From a virus: a DNA stretch of 47,770 nucleotides. The notes beneath the pieces were generated by a model, which worked only from the letters and a program-made list of their open reading frames with translations, ran no database searches and had not been told where the DNA came from. The stretch lies in IMG/VR virus record IMGVR_UViG_3300002461_000080, positions 1 through 47,770 of that record. One strand, 5' to 3'. This document shows, in pieces, positions 39,794-47,534 of this stretch. Numbering within the stretch: the stretch's first letter is position 1; each line of letters starts with the position of its first letter. The position numbers and the translations under genes are program-made.

Positions 39794-40171
39794 TTAGGCC
39801 CCGCTCAGCGTCCGGGGCGCGAACCCCGGCGTTCCGGTGGACGTGGGCCGGCTCTTGGCGCCCAGGACGACGCCACCGGCGGCAGCGCGCTTGCGCTGGC
39901 GCTCGGCCGCTCGGCCGGCGTCGACCGTCGCCGCGCTCGTGAGCTGCGGCACGCTCGGCGGCGCCGGCGGCGCGATCGGCGCGGCGGCTGCCTCCTCGCC
40001 TACCTTCTCCTGCCCTGGAGGAACGATCTGGTTGGGGTCGCCGGCATCGACGCGAGCCTGCGCTCGAGCGTCACGCGCGGCCTTGTCCTGCGCGTTCTTC
40101 TTCTTCGCGTAGGCGCCGAGTCCGGCTGCGACCAGACCCACCGCTGCGATGCCGACGTTCGCCCATCCCAT
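39794..40171 (-). CDS. Membrane-anchored Ala/Pro-rich protein.
   Basis: 125 aa. The N-terminal TM segment MGWANVGIAAVGLVAAGLGAY is followed by KKKNAQDKAARDARAQ. Confidence 0.5.
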   Translation of the reverse strand: MGWANVGIAAVGLVAAGLGAYAKKKNAQDKAARDARAQARVDAGDPNQIVPPGQEKVGEEAAAAPIAPPAPPSVPQLTSAATVDAGRAAERQRKRAAAGGVVLGAKSRPTSTGTPGFAPRTLSGA

Positions 40172-40598
40172 GATCGAGCACCTTGACGAACACAGACTCG
40201 AGCGGCCGGTAGCCGCGACGCGCGTAGAACGCGCCCAGGTCGGTTGACGCTGGCGCTGACACTTTTAGCACGTTGGCACGCTTTTGCATAGCCTCGCGCT
40301 CGGCCAGGGCGAACAGCCGGAGAAGGTCTCGAGGGTCGTCCGCGAACATCGCGACCTCCTCGCAGATGGTCGAACCCATGTAGTCGTGGATGGGCGCCAC
40401 GAGCACGCCGACGACGACGCCGGCAGGATTGACCGCCACGAGCGCCACGCCGCGCGCCAGGGCCGCGAACAGGAGCGGGCCGTCGTGTTGTGAGGGGTCC
40501 GGCAGGATCGCCGCGTAGACGCTCTGAGCCACCCACCGCGAGATGTAGGCCAGGACGTCGTCGACGTCATCCTCGACGACCTGCCGGATCGTCGTCAC
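40071..40598 (-). CDS. GNAT-fold-like protein with a degenerate acetyl-CoA loop.
   Basis: 175 aa from a GTG at 40598 (GTGA overlap). The order of secondary-structure-like segments is EEVAMFADD / PRDLLRLFALAEREAMQKRA / NVLKVSA / DLGAFYARRGYRP. The 3-prime 101 nt overlap the next gene out of frame. Confidence 0.45.
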   Translation of the reverse strand: MTTIRQVVEDDVDDVLAYISRWVAQSVYAAILPDPSQHDGPLLFAALARGVALVAVNPAGVVVGVLVAPIHDYMGSTICEEVAMFADDPRDLLRLFALAEREAMQKRANVLKVSAPASTDLGAFYARRGYRPLESVFVKVLDHGMGERRHRSGGSGRSRTRRLREEEERAGQGRA

Positions 40599-41215
40599 TT
40601 CGGCTCTCGGATCGCCGGCTGCTCGGCCTGCGGACGCGACAGCTCGAGCCGCACCACGCGCCCGAGGATGCGCCACTCGAGAATGACCGGCGCCGTGCCG
40701 TAGTGCGTCGTCAGCACGAGCAACCGCTGGAGGAACCCGATCGACGCCAACGATCGCTGATGCTCCCGGTTCGCGAGATGCTCGAGCTTCTGCTCGATGC
40801 GCGCCAGCCGCTCGAGCGCGTCGCCCACGCGGTCGCGCTCGCCGTCGTGGAGATGGTTGGCCGGGATGACCCACGAGACGCCCGGCATCGAGTCGGCCGC
40901 GCTCCGGCGCTCGCTCGCCAGCTCCGGGCTGTATTCGATCGTCTTGCCGCCGGCCGGATGGTCGACGACGAACCACGGATGAATCCGCACGCCGCCGCCA
41001 GGGCCGGCATCCGGGAGCAGCTCGACGAGCCCCGCGCCCGTCACGCTGTTCTGGAGCACGCCCCACCGCTCGCCCGTCTCGTGCGCGAGCTGCTCGGCCA
41101 GGGCCGTCACCCACTTCTCGACCTGCTGCTCGAACTTCTTCGGGTCCGGGCAGCCGTCACACACCGGCCGCGCGATGCGGCCCGCAAACCGCATGACTAC
41201 CTCGAGCATCTCCAT
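40595..41215 (-). CDS. Hypothetical protein.
   Basis: 206 aa from the ATG at 41215 (TGATG overlap). No motif was recognised. Confidence 0.55.
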   Translation of the reverse strand: MEMLEVVMRFAGRIARPVCDGCPDPKKFEQQVEKWVTALAEQLAHETGERWGVLQNSVTGAGLVELLPDAGPGGGVRIHPWFVVDHPAGGKTIEYSPELASERRSAADSMPGVSWVIPANHLHDGERDRVGDALERLARIEQKLEHLANREHQRSLASIGFLQRLLVLTTHYGTAPVILEWRILGRVVRLELSRPQAEQPAIREPK

Positions 41216-41439
41216 CAGGACCTCCGCCCTCGAATCCAGACCACCACGCGCCGCCACCACGGCAGCGCCTCGACGGGCCGGTGCGTCAGGCACCGCGCGC
41301 ACGTCACCGCGTCCCACTCGGCCGTTGACAGCAACGGCAGGAGCTTACGATGCCGCTGGTTGCAGTGAACGCGCGCCTCGACCGGACCGTCGCCAACCTG
41401 CACGGTCCCGGTCAACATGTGAACCTTGCCCTTCGCCAT
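41215..41439 (-). CDS. Small Cys/His-containing protein.
   Basis: 74 aa with SD AGGAG. It contains HCNQRH ... CARC. Confidence 0.55.
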   Translation of the reverse strand: MAKGKVHMLTGTVQVGDGPVEARVHCNQRHRKLLPLLSTAEWDAVTCARCLTHRPVEALPWWRRVVVWIRGRRS

Positions 41440-41446
41440 CAGCTCC

Positions 41447-42907
41447 TCACTTCCACGGGTCGCCGTCGTGCGCCGCGTTGCCCGGCGATGCGACGGTCCA
41501 CGGATCTTCGTCACGCCGAGCGGTCGCCCGGCCCTTGATGCGCTCGATGACTTCGCCCGGCATCTCCTCGAGCGCGTAGGTCTGCATGTATGCGTCCGCA
41601 AGGTCCGGCGACTTGCCGATGCGGAGCTTGATCTGGTCCTTCTCCTCGAGCACGAACACGCCGCCGACGAACGTGTAGGTCGGCTCGGTCAGCTCCGGGA
41701 TCATCTCCGGGATGTAGGGTAGCGCCGCGCCGTTGCGAATCGCCTCCGCGCCCTGGAGCCAGAACTCGACGCGCCGGTTCTTGTAGCGCGGGTCGATCGC
41801 CTTGCCGGCGTAGTTGAGCGGGATCGGCGCCCGGCCGGCGGCGATGAGGTTGTCGATGACGCCGTGGCCCCAATGCCCGGTGTCGTCGACGAACGTCAGC
41901 TCGGAGCGGAATCGGTTCTCCGCCAGGAGCACGCGCGCCGCGATGTCGGTCGTCCGCGCGTTTCGCATGATGACCGGCTTCCACGACATCAGCCCTTGAC
42001 GCGGGAAGATGACCGTCCGGTCGTCTCCGAACCGCGCCACGTCGACGCCGAGCCGCTTCTGTGCCCACGAGTAGGCATCCTCGCGGAGCGCCCGCTTCAT
42101 CGCCGCCTCGACCTCCTCGACGCCGAGCAGCGCGTTGATGCTCGACGGCGGGAACTGGCCGAGCACGTTCACCATGACCCACGGGTTATCGCGGCCGTAG
42201 CTCTCGATCTGCTGCTTCGCCCACTCGACCTTGATGCGCGGCGACCGCTTCGGATCGTCCGGGTCGCCCGTGATCGTGATGACATACCAGAGATGCCGCT
42301 GGCTCGTGCAAGCGACGTAGAGCGGCCCCGTCGTGTGCGTCGGGTTGCCGGCCTGCACGACCTTCGTCTCGATGCCGCTCGCCAGGACCGCCTCCGCTGT
42401 CACCATGACGGCCTGCGGGATGCCGCCGCTCTCGTCGAGCACGAACATGCAGTAATCGCCGTGGATGCCCGCGAGCGCGTTCGCCTGCTCCTCCGCGTTG
42501 CCCGACTTCGGCCACGTCCGCGCGACCGCGAACCACGTCGAGCCGTGCGTGCGATGCTCGACGCGCGTCTTGGTCCACCGGAAGGTTGAGCGGCAGAAAT
42601 CCGACTTGCCCATCCACAGCGCGATCTCCGGCCAGAGGTTCGTGCCCAGGTTGTCGCCCGTGATGCTGGTCGCACCGATCTTCGGGTTCGGCCGCGTCGT
42701 CAGGAAGTTGAGCACCAGCCACGCGAGAATCGCCGTCTTGCCCGGCCCCTTGCACGCCTTCATCGCCAGCCGGTTGTTGTGCGGGAACGCCTGGAGCGCC
42801 TCGAGCTGCCACAGGTCAGGCTCGACGCCGAACTCCTCGCGGACGAACGCCTCCGGATGGTCGCGCCACCGCTCGAACGTCGTGATGGCGTCCTTCTCGA
42901 GATCCAT
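41447..42907 (-). CDS. terL: Terminase large subunit.
   Basis: 486 aa from the ATG at 42907 (TGATG overlap). It has Walker A KACKGPGKTAILAW, Walker B CMFVLDESGG and a C-terminal nuclease-like region. Confidence 0.88.
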   Translation of the reverse strand: MDLEKDAITTFERWRDHPEAFVREEFGVEPDLWQLEALQAFPHNNRLAMKACKGPGKTAILAWLVLNFLTTRPNPKIGATSITGDNLGTNLWPEIALWMGKSDFCRSTFRWTKTRVEHRTHGSTWFAVARTWPKSGNAEEQANALAGIHGDYCMFVLDESGGIPQAVMVTAEAVLASGIETKVVQAGNPTHTTGPLYVACTSQRHLWYVITITGDPDDPKRSPRIKVEWAKQQIESYGRDNPWVMVNVLGQFPPSSINALLGVEEVEAAMKRALREDAYSWAQKRLGVDVARFGDDRTVIFPRQGLMSWKPVIMRNARTTDIAARVLLAENRFRSELTFVDDTGHWGHGVIDNLIAAGRAPIPLNYAGKAIDPRYKNRRVEFWLQGAEAIRNGAALPYIPEMIPELTEPTYTFVGGVFVLEEKDQIKLRIGKSPDLADAYMQTYALEEMPGEVIERIKGRATARRDEDPWTVASPGNAAHDGDPWK

Positions 42908-43206
42908 CAGCGCAGCCCAATCGAAACGAGCACGGCGCCGCCCCGATGCGTCGACACGCGCACGCGGCCGTAGACCGTGAGCCATGCGCGCGGCTGCCGG
43001 CGCCCAGGGCGGAACACGGTCGCCGTGTTGACGTCGCGCGTCACGACATCCGTCGCCCGGATGTAGCGGCGCCGGATGCCCTTCTCGCGCACGGCGCCGC
43101 AGTCGACGCCCCACACCCGCCCATCCTCGTTGTCGAGATGGTCGACGTGGAGCCGCACCATGCGGACGCCCAGGTCCTCGTGCTTGACGACGTCGTCGCT
43201 GCTCAC
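42907..43206 (-). CDS. Hypothetical protein.
   Basis: 99 aa from a GTG at 43206 (GTGA overlap). It is translationally coupled to terL. Confidence 0.45.
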   Translation of the reverse strand: MSSDDVVKHEDLGVRMVRLHVDHLDNEDGRVWGVDCGAVREKGIRRRYIRATDVVTRDVNTATVFRPGRRQPRAWLTVYGRVRVSTHRGGAVLVSIGLR

Positions 43207-43418
43207 CGGCCGATGACCATCGCGCCCGCGTGGCGCTTCACGAGTCGCTCGGCCGCTACGTCCCGGCCGCGCTCGTTCGTCATGATCATCGCCCGGCGGA
43301 CGGCCTTCGCCTGCGTCAGCCTCGAGCCCCGGCGCTCGGCCTTGCGGTCCTTCTTCCACTGCCGCGCCGACTTGCCCATCCGGCGCCGCATCGCCCGCTC
43401 GGTGAATACCCGCATCAT
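43203..43418 (-). CDS. Small, highly basic protein.
   Basis: 71 aa and Arg/Lys-rich. Confidence 0.45.
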   Translation of the reverse strand: MMRVFTERAMRRRMGKSARQWKKDRKAERRGSRLTQAKAVRRAMIMTNERGRDVAAERLVKRHAGAMVIGR

Positions 43419-43591
43419 CGCTTGCTCTCCGCCTGGAGGTTCTTGAACGAACCGCGCTGGTCGAGCGCCTTGAGCCGCTTCGACAGGTCCGCGATCGCCT
43501 CCGGTGAACCCGTGACGAGCCGATCCTCCGGCACGCCCGCTGCCTTTGCCTCCGCCGCGCTGGCGTAGATGTCGCCGTTCCTCGTGTCCAT
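43415..43591 (-). CDS. Small hypothetical protein, below the ORF-track length cutoff.
   Basis: My own translation gives 58 aa: MDTRNGDIYASAAEAKAAGVPEDRLVTGSPEAIADLSKRLKALDQRGSFKNLQAESKR. SD GGAGGG lies 7 nt upstream, and the stop overlaps the next start. Confidence 0.5.
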   Translation of the reverse strand: MDTRNGDIYASAAEAKAAGVPEDRLVTGSPEAIADLSKRLKALDQRGSFKNLQAESKR

Positions 43592-43605
43592 CTGACCCTC
43601 CTGCT

Positions 43606-43824
43606 CTACATCAGGCCGTGGCGCTCTACCAGCTCCCGGCCGTCCATGCTGTTGTGCGTCACGAGCACGCCGCGATCGAGCCGCTCGAGCTTCGGCTCAC
43701 ACCAGCACGCGGTCCCCCGCTCACGGTGCGCCCGCAGGTCGTTCACCGGGACGACGTGAACCGTCTCGAACTCGTCGTGCGTGACGTCCTTCCACGGCCG
43801 CAGCCGGCGCCGCGTCCTAGTCAT
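43606..43824 (-). CDS. Small conserved-looking phage protein with a CWC motif.
   Basis: 72 aa from the ATG at 43824. It contains VVPVNDLRAHRERGTACWCEPK....VLVTHNSMDGRE. Confidence 0.5.
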   Translation of the reverse strand: MTRTRRRLRPWKDVTHDEFETVHVVPVNDLRAHRERGTACWCEPKLERLDRGVLVTHNSMDGRELVERHGLM

Positions 43825-44092
43825 CGAGCCCTCGCAGCACCGCCAGGACCTCACGCGCCTCGTCGACGGCTGCCTGGAGCGTCGGCCCGATCTTGAACCC
43901 GTCCGGCAGCGCCGCGATCGATGCGTCGACGTCGCGCACCAGCTCCTCGAGCGCCTGATGCGTGAGCTGGTAGCGCAGCTCGAGCAGGTCCTTCTCCGCC
44001 TCGAGCCGCTTCACGCGGTCATCCGCGCCGGCGACGCCGGCCACCTTCGCCGCCGCCTTGCCCAACCGCTTCAACATCTCGAGCTTGCCCAT
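43817..44092 (-). CDS. Coiled-coil hypothetical protein.
   Basis: 91 aa. It overlaps the terS 3-prime end by 74 nt, and the start is uncertain. Confidence 0.4.
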   Translation of the reverse strand: MGKLEMLKRLGKAAAKVAGVAGADDRVKRLEAEKDLLELRYQLTHQALEELVRDVDASIAALPDGFKIGPTLQAAVDEAREVLAVLRGLDD

Positions 44093-44594
44093 TCTGCTCT
44101 CCTCGTCGCTTGCGTTCGATCGCCGCGAGATACCCCAGGTGGTCGAAGTGATTGACGTCCACCGTGTCGCGGAGCTTGCCCGTCATCCGGAGCACCGTCT
44201 CGGTCGCCTTCTGCTGGTCGTGGAGTCGCACCGTCCCGTCCGGCTTGATCTCCTTCACGGCCTTCCGGAACTCGAGCGGCCACTCCGAACGCGGCAGTAG
44301 CTCGCCCTTCTCGTCGAGCACCATGCCGATGTCGGCCCGCGCCCGCAGCGCCGTCAGTGCGACCGCCTCGTCACCCGACATCTCGAGCCGCTTGAACCGC
44401 TCGGCCAGCACCCGCCGGATGGCTGACGCCACCTTACCAACCCTCAACAGCCTGGAGCCCGCCGTCCACGAGCCCGCCTCCGTCTGGTTGTTCGGGTAGC
44501 TCCGCCGATAGGCCAGCCCGGCGTTGCCCCCGTTGCGCGTGTATTCGAGCACGAACGCGGCCTGCGCCGGCGTCAGCTCGTCAGGCTTGCCCAT
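44019..44594 (-). CDS. terS: Terminase small subunit, Terminase_2-like.
   Basis: 191 aa from the ATG at 44594. LTPAQAAFVLEYTRNGGNAGLAYRRSYP......SRLL...KV..AI matches the TerS N-terminal HTH pattern LT.KQ..F..EY...GNA..A. Confidence 0.75.
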   Translation of the reverse strand: MGKPDELTPAQAAFVLEYTRNGGNAGLAYRRSYPNNQTEAGSWTAGSRLLRVGKVASAIRRVLAERFKRLEMSGDEAVALTALRARADIGMVLDEKGELLPRSEWPLEFRKAVKEIKPDGTVRLHDQQKATETVLRMTGKLRDTVDVNHFDHLGYLAAIERKRRGEQNGQARDVEAVGQGGGEGGRRRRRG

Positions 44595-44862
44595 CGAACA
44601 GACTCCCCTGCGCTCGAGCCGTGGCCTGCGCCTCAGTCGCTCGAGCCGCCACGATGCCCGCCGCCTCGTCCCGGAACCCGTCCGGGTAGGTGGCGAAACA
44701 GTGTGAGCCTCCGCGCCCGTGTGTCTTGGGCCGGAGCCCCTTCGCCGGCAGCGCCCCGAACCGCGCCGCGTAGGCATCGCGGACGGCCGCGCCGATCTCC
44801 CATGACAGCGGCGCCTCCGGCTCGAACCCCAGGTCGCGCATCAGGTCGATGACCGTGAACAT
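44581..44862 (-). CDS. Hypothetical protein.
   Basis: 93 aa and tightly coupled to its neighbours. Confidence 0.5.
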   Translation of the reverse strand: MFTVIDLMRDLGFEPEAPLSWEIGAAVRDAYAARFGALPAKGLRPKTHGRGGSHCFATYPDGFRDEAAGIVAARATEAQATARAQGSLFDGQA

Positions 44863-45065
44863 CAGAACAGCTCCCCCTGCTTCGCCGTGCCGTCAGGCAC
44901 GAACACCGGCGCCGGCGCCGAGTGAGCCCAGGAAATCGTCCCGGCCCGCCCGCAGCCCTCACAGCGGTAGTTGAACTCCCACGGGCTGAACGTCGGCGTG
45001 ATGACCTGCGTCCCGCTGCATTCGCACCGCTGACTCGAGCCCTGCGTCTCTTTCCGGTCGGCCAT
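44862..45065 (-). CDS. Small zinc-ribbon-like protein.
   Basis: 67 aa with CEC ... CEGC, giving four Cys in two pairs. Confidence 0.5.
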   Translation of the reverse strand: MADRKETQGSSQRCECSGTQVITPTFSPWEFNYRCEGCGRAGTISWAHSAPAPVFVPDGTAKQGELF

Positions 45066-45068
45066 CGC

Positions 45069-45428
45069 TCAGTTGTCCGTGTGGCGCCGGACCGCCGCCG
45101 CCCGCCGTTCGGTCGCCTCGACCGCCTGCTGCCACGCTCGCACGATCTCGCCGTCGACGTGGTGCCACCGGAGCACCGCGCTCGAGCGGCTCGGCTCGGC
45201 CCGCCGGACCGCCCTGAACGACGCGGCGATGTTCTTCCACGCCGCATCGTCGACGAGGTCCGCCACCGTCACCCCCGCCGAGCAGCCGAGGCAGTGCGCC
45301 AGCCCCATGAGCATCGTCGCCGGCGCGTCGCTGCCCGGTGCGTAGAGGTCGATGGCCGGGATGACCACCGCCGGCTGCCCGCACGGCTGCCCGTCCCGGA
45401 GCTTCTGACACGTCGCCGTGAGACTCAC
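45069..45428 (-). CDS. Cys-containing hypothetical protein.
   Basis: 119 aa from a GTG at 45428 (GTGA overlap). It contains TCQKLRDGQPCG ... HCLGC. Confidence 0.45.
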   Translation of the reverse strand: MSLTATCQKLRDGQPCGQPAVVIPAIDLYAPGSDAPATMLMGLAHCLGCSAGVTVADLVDDAAWKNIAASFRAVRRAEPSRSSAVLRWHHVDGEIVRAWQQAVEATERRAAAVRRHTDN

Positions 45429-45694
45429 GCCCGGAACTCCGACAGCGGGTCCTCCGCCGCGCCAGGGAGCACGCGGACGTCGACCGACGTCTCGAGCCTC
45501 GAGCCGTGCGGTCGTGCCCCACGCGCCGCCCTGAGCCGCTGGAACTCGGCCGTCATCCAGTCCGCGAACTTCCCGACGGCCCGCTCGAGCGCCTCCCGCT
45601 CGTCGGTCGCCAGTGAATGCGCCTCCGTCGACGCCGTCCACAGCGTCACCATGACGCCGACCTCAATCGACTCCCGCCGAATCTCGACCTTCAT
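45425..45694 (-). CDS. Hypothetical protein.
   Basis: 89 aa with SD GGGGGAG. Confidence 0.5.
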   Translation of the reverse strand: MKVEIRRESIEVGVMVTLWTASTEAHSLATDEREALERAVGKFADWMTAEFQRLRAARGARPHGSRLETSVDVRVLPGAAEDPLSEFRA

Positions 45695-45722
45695 CGCTCC
45701 CCCAATCCCGACGGTCGGGATT

Positions 45723-46049
45723 CTAGTTGCCGGCCCGCTGATGCAGCTTCGCGACCACGTCCCGCAGCTCCGGGAGTAGCTGCGGGTCCGGATGCTCGGA
45801 CATCGCGATCAGCATCTCCCCCCACTTTCGCATGGCGCCCCGAATGACCGCGTCGTCGCCGGCGGCGCCGGCCGAGATGATGCGGTCGCGTTTCCGCATC
45901 TCGAGGAGCTGCTGACACACCGCCAGGAGCAGCGACATCAGCGCGCCGGCCACCGCGTCGAGCTTCTCGCCCTCGAGCGCCGCCGCCACCTTGAGCATGA
46001 CCTCCCGCGCCTTCGCCTTCGCCGCCGTCTCTCTCGGATCGATGATCAT
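45723..46049 (-). CDS. Hypothetical helical protein.
   Basis: 108 aa from the ATG at 46049 with SD GAGG. Confidence 0.5.
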   Translation of the reverse strand: MIIDPRETAAKAKAREVMLKVAAALEGEKLDAVAGALMSLLLAVCQQLLEMRKRDRIISAGAAGDDAVIRGAMRKWGEMLIAMSEHPDPQLLPELRDVVAKLHQRAGN

Positions 46050-46056
46050 CGGGTCC

Positions 46057-47088
46057 TCACCACAGGTTCGGGTCGTTGCCGAACGCATCCCACCCCTCGA
46101 CCTTCTCACGAGCGAACAGCTCGAGGTAGGGTCCGGTCGTGAACATGCGTTCGATCATCTTGCGCGTGACAGCCGGCTTGACACTGTGCCCGGTCCGCCG
46201 CTCCGTGAACAGGCTCTTGGGGACCTCGCCCTCGTCCGGCGCGCACGAACCGCGCTCGCAGATGACGAGATGCTCCGTGTTGATATGCAGGAACCGGCCA
46301 GGGTTGCCGAGCACCTTGTCCCACGTCTGCATGCTGGCGTAGTTGAACCCCCACGCCTCGAGCACTTCGCGCGGCCCAGGGTTCTCGAGCAGGAGCGGCA
46401 CCGTCACCCACATGAACAGGACCGCATTCTTCAACGTGTGAGCCGCGACCGGGAGCTTGCACAGCTCCTCGATCGACATGTCCGGATAGTGATGCTTGAC
46501 CGAGCTGTTGCCGCCCGTGCCCGACGTGTTCCGGTAGCGCCAGGGCGGATCGGCGTAGATGACGCGGTAGAGCCCCTCGAGCTTCGCCTGCCCCTTCACG
46601 ACGGCCCGGCGCTTCGACGCGCGGACCTCGTTGCGAAGGTCGGCCACGCTCCACCCGTCGCGCTTCGCGCGCTCGAGCCAGATGCGTTGTTGCGCCGGGT
46701 CCATCGACGCCACGACGTCGGCGTGCCCGAGTGAATCGGCCAGGGCGCGCTCCGGCGGCTTGACGTTGCGCGAGATGTAGGTCCGGTTGATGAGCGTCTT
46801 GTGGCTCAGTGTCGAGACGCCCTTGATCTGGTCGACCTTCGCTTTCCAGTCCTCGCGGTTCTCCGCGTAGGCCAGGAGGTCGCCCACCCAATAGTCCGCC
46901 GCGTGCCCGCATGCCTCCGCGAACACGTAGGCCGCTTGCCACTGCGCGGCCGTCGGCGTGCCCATCGGCTCGACGGATTGCGAGTAGAACATGAAGCCGT
47001 CGATCTCGAACGGCTTCTTGTCGAACAACAGCCGAGCGGCCGTGTCGGCAGTGAGCGCCGCCGACACGGCCCGAGCGACTTTACTCAT
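46057..47088 (-). CDS. MT-A70 family DNA N6-adenine methyltransferase with an N-terminal DNA-binding-like domain.
   Basis: 343 aa from the ATG at 47088. It has the catalytic motif VIYADPPWRY and the downstream block LFMWV..WGF...W.K. The N-terminal roughly 190 aa include LGHADVVASMDPAQQRIWLERAKRDGWSVADLRNEV. Confidence 0.85.
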   Translation of the reverse strand: MSKVARAVSAALTADTAARLLFDKKPFEIDGFMFYSQSVEPMGTPTAAQWQAAYVFAEACGHAADYWVGDLLAYAENREDWKAKVDQIKGVSTLSHKTLINRTYISRNVKPPERALADSLGHADVVASMDPAQQRIWLERAKRDGWSVADLRNEVRASKRRAVVKGQAKLEGLYRVIYADPPWRYRNTSGTGGNSSVKHHYPDMSIEELCKLPVAAHTLKNAVLFMWVTVPLLLENPGPREVLEAWGFNYASMQTWDKVLGNPGRFLHINTEHLVICERGSCAPDEGEVPKSLFTERRTGHSVKPAVTRKMIERMFTTGPYLELFAREKVEGWDAFGNDPNLW

Positions 47089-47521
47089 CGCCCTCGCCTT
47101 CACCGAGGTCGTGAGCTTCCGGGTTGCCCAGGTCGTCGACGTCGACCGTGGCCTGCGCGTCGCCCTTGTAGGGTCGAACGCTGAGCTTCGCCGTGCCACC
47201 GCGCACGAGCAGCTCGACGCCGTGGTGATGGTAGCTCTTGGTTTTCGTCTCGAGCATGTGATCGAGCGCGGCCTGCTTGTTCGCCTCGACGTTCGTCCGC
47301 AGCTCGTTCATCGCGGCGCCGTCGTCACCGATACGACGACACAGCTTGTCGAGCGTCGCGTCGCGGACCTGCTCCATGCCAGGGAGCGCCCGCGCCGCCG
47401 GCTGCCGATGCCGTTCGCGCGCCGATCGAACCTTCTTCGCGACGTCCTTCGACTTCGCACCCTTCGCCTTGCCGCGCGGTTTCGGTGTCCGTGCCCGCGC
47501 CGGCTTCGACTTCTTCGCCAT
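47081..47521 (-). CDS. Hypothetical protein with a highly basic N-terminus.
   Basis: 146 aa with SD GGGAGAG. The N-terminus is MAKKSKPARARTPKPRGKAKGAKSK, and the C-terminus is acidic. Confidence 0.6.
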   Translation of the reverse strand: MAKKSKPARARTPKPRGKAKGAKSKDVAKKVRSARERHRQPAARALPGMEQVRDATLDKLCRRIGDDGAAMNELRTNVEANKQAALDHMLETKTKSYHHHGVELLVRGGTAKLSVRPYKGDAQATVDVDDLGNPEAHDLGEGEGDE

Positions 47522-47534
47522 CGTCGTCTCTCCC

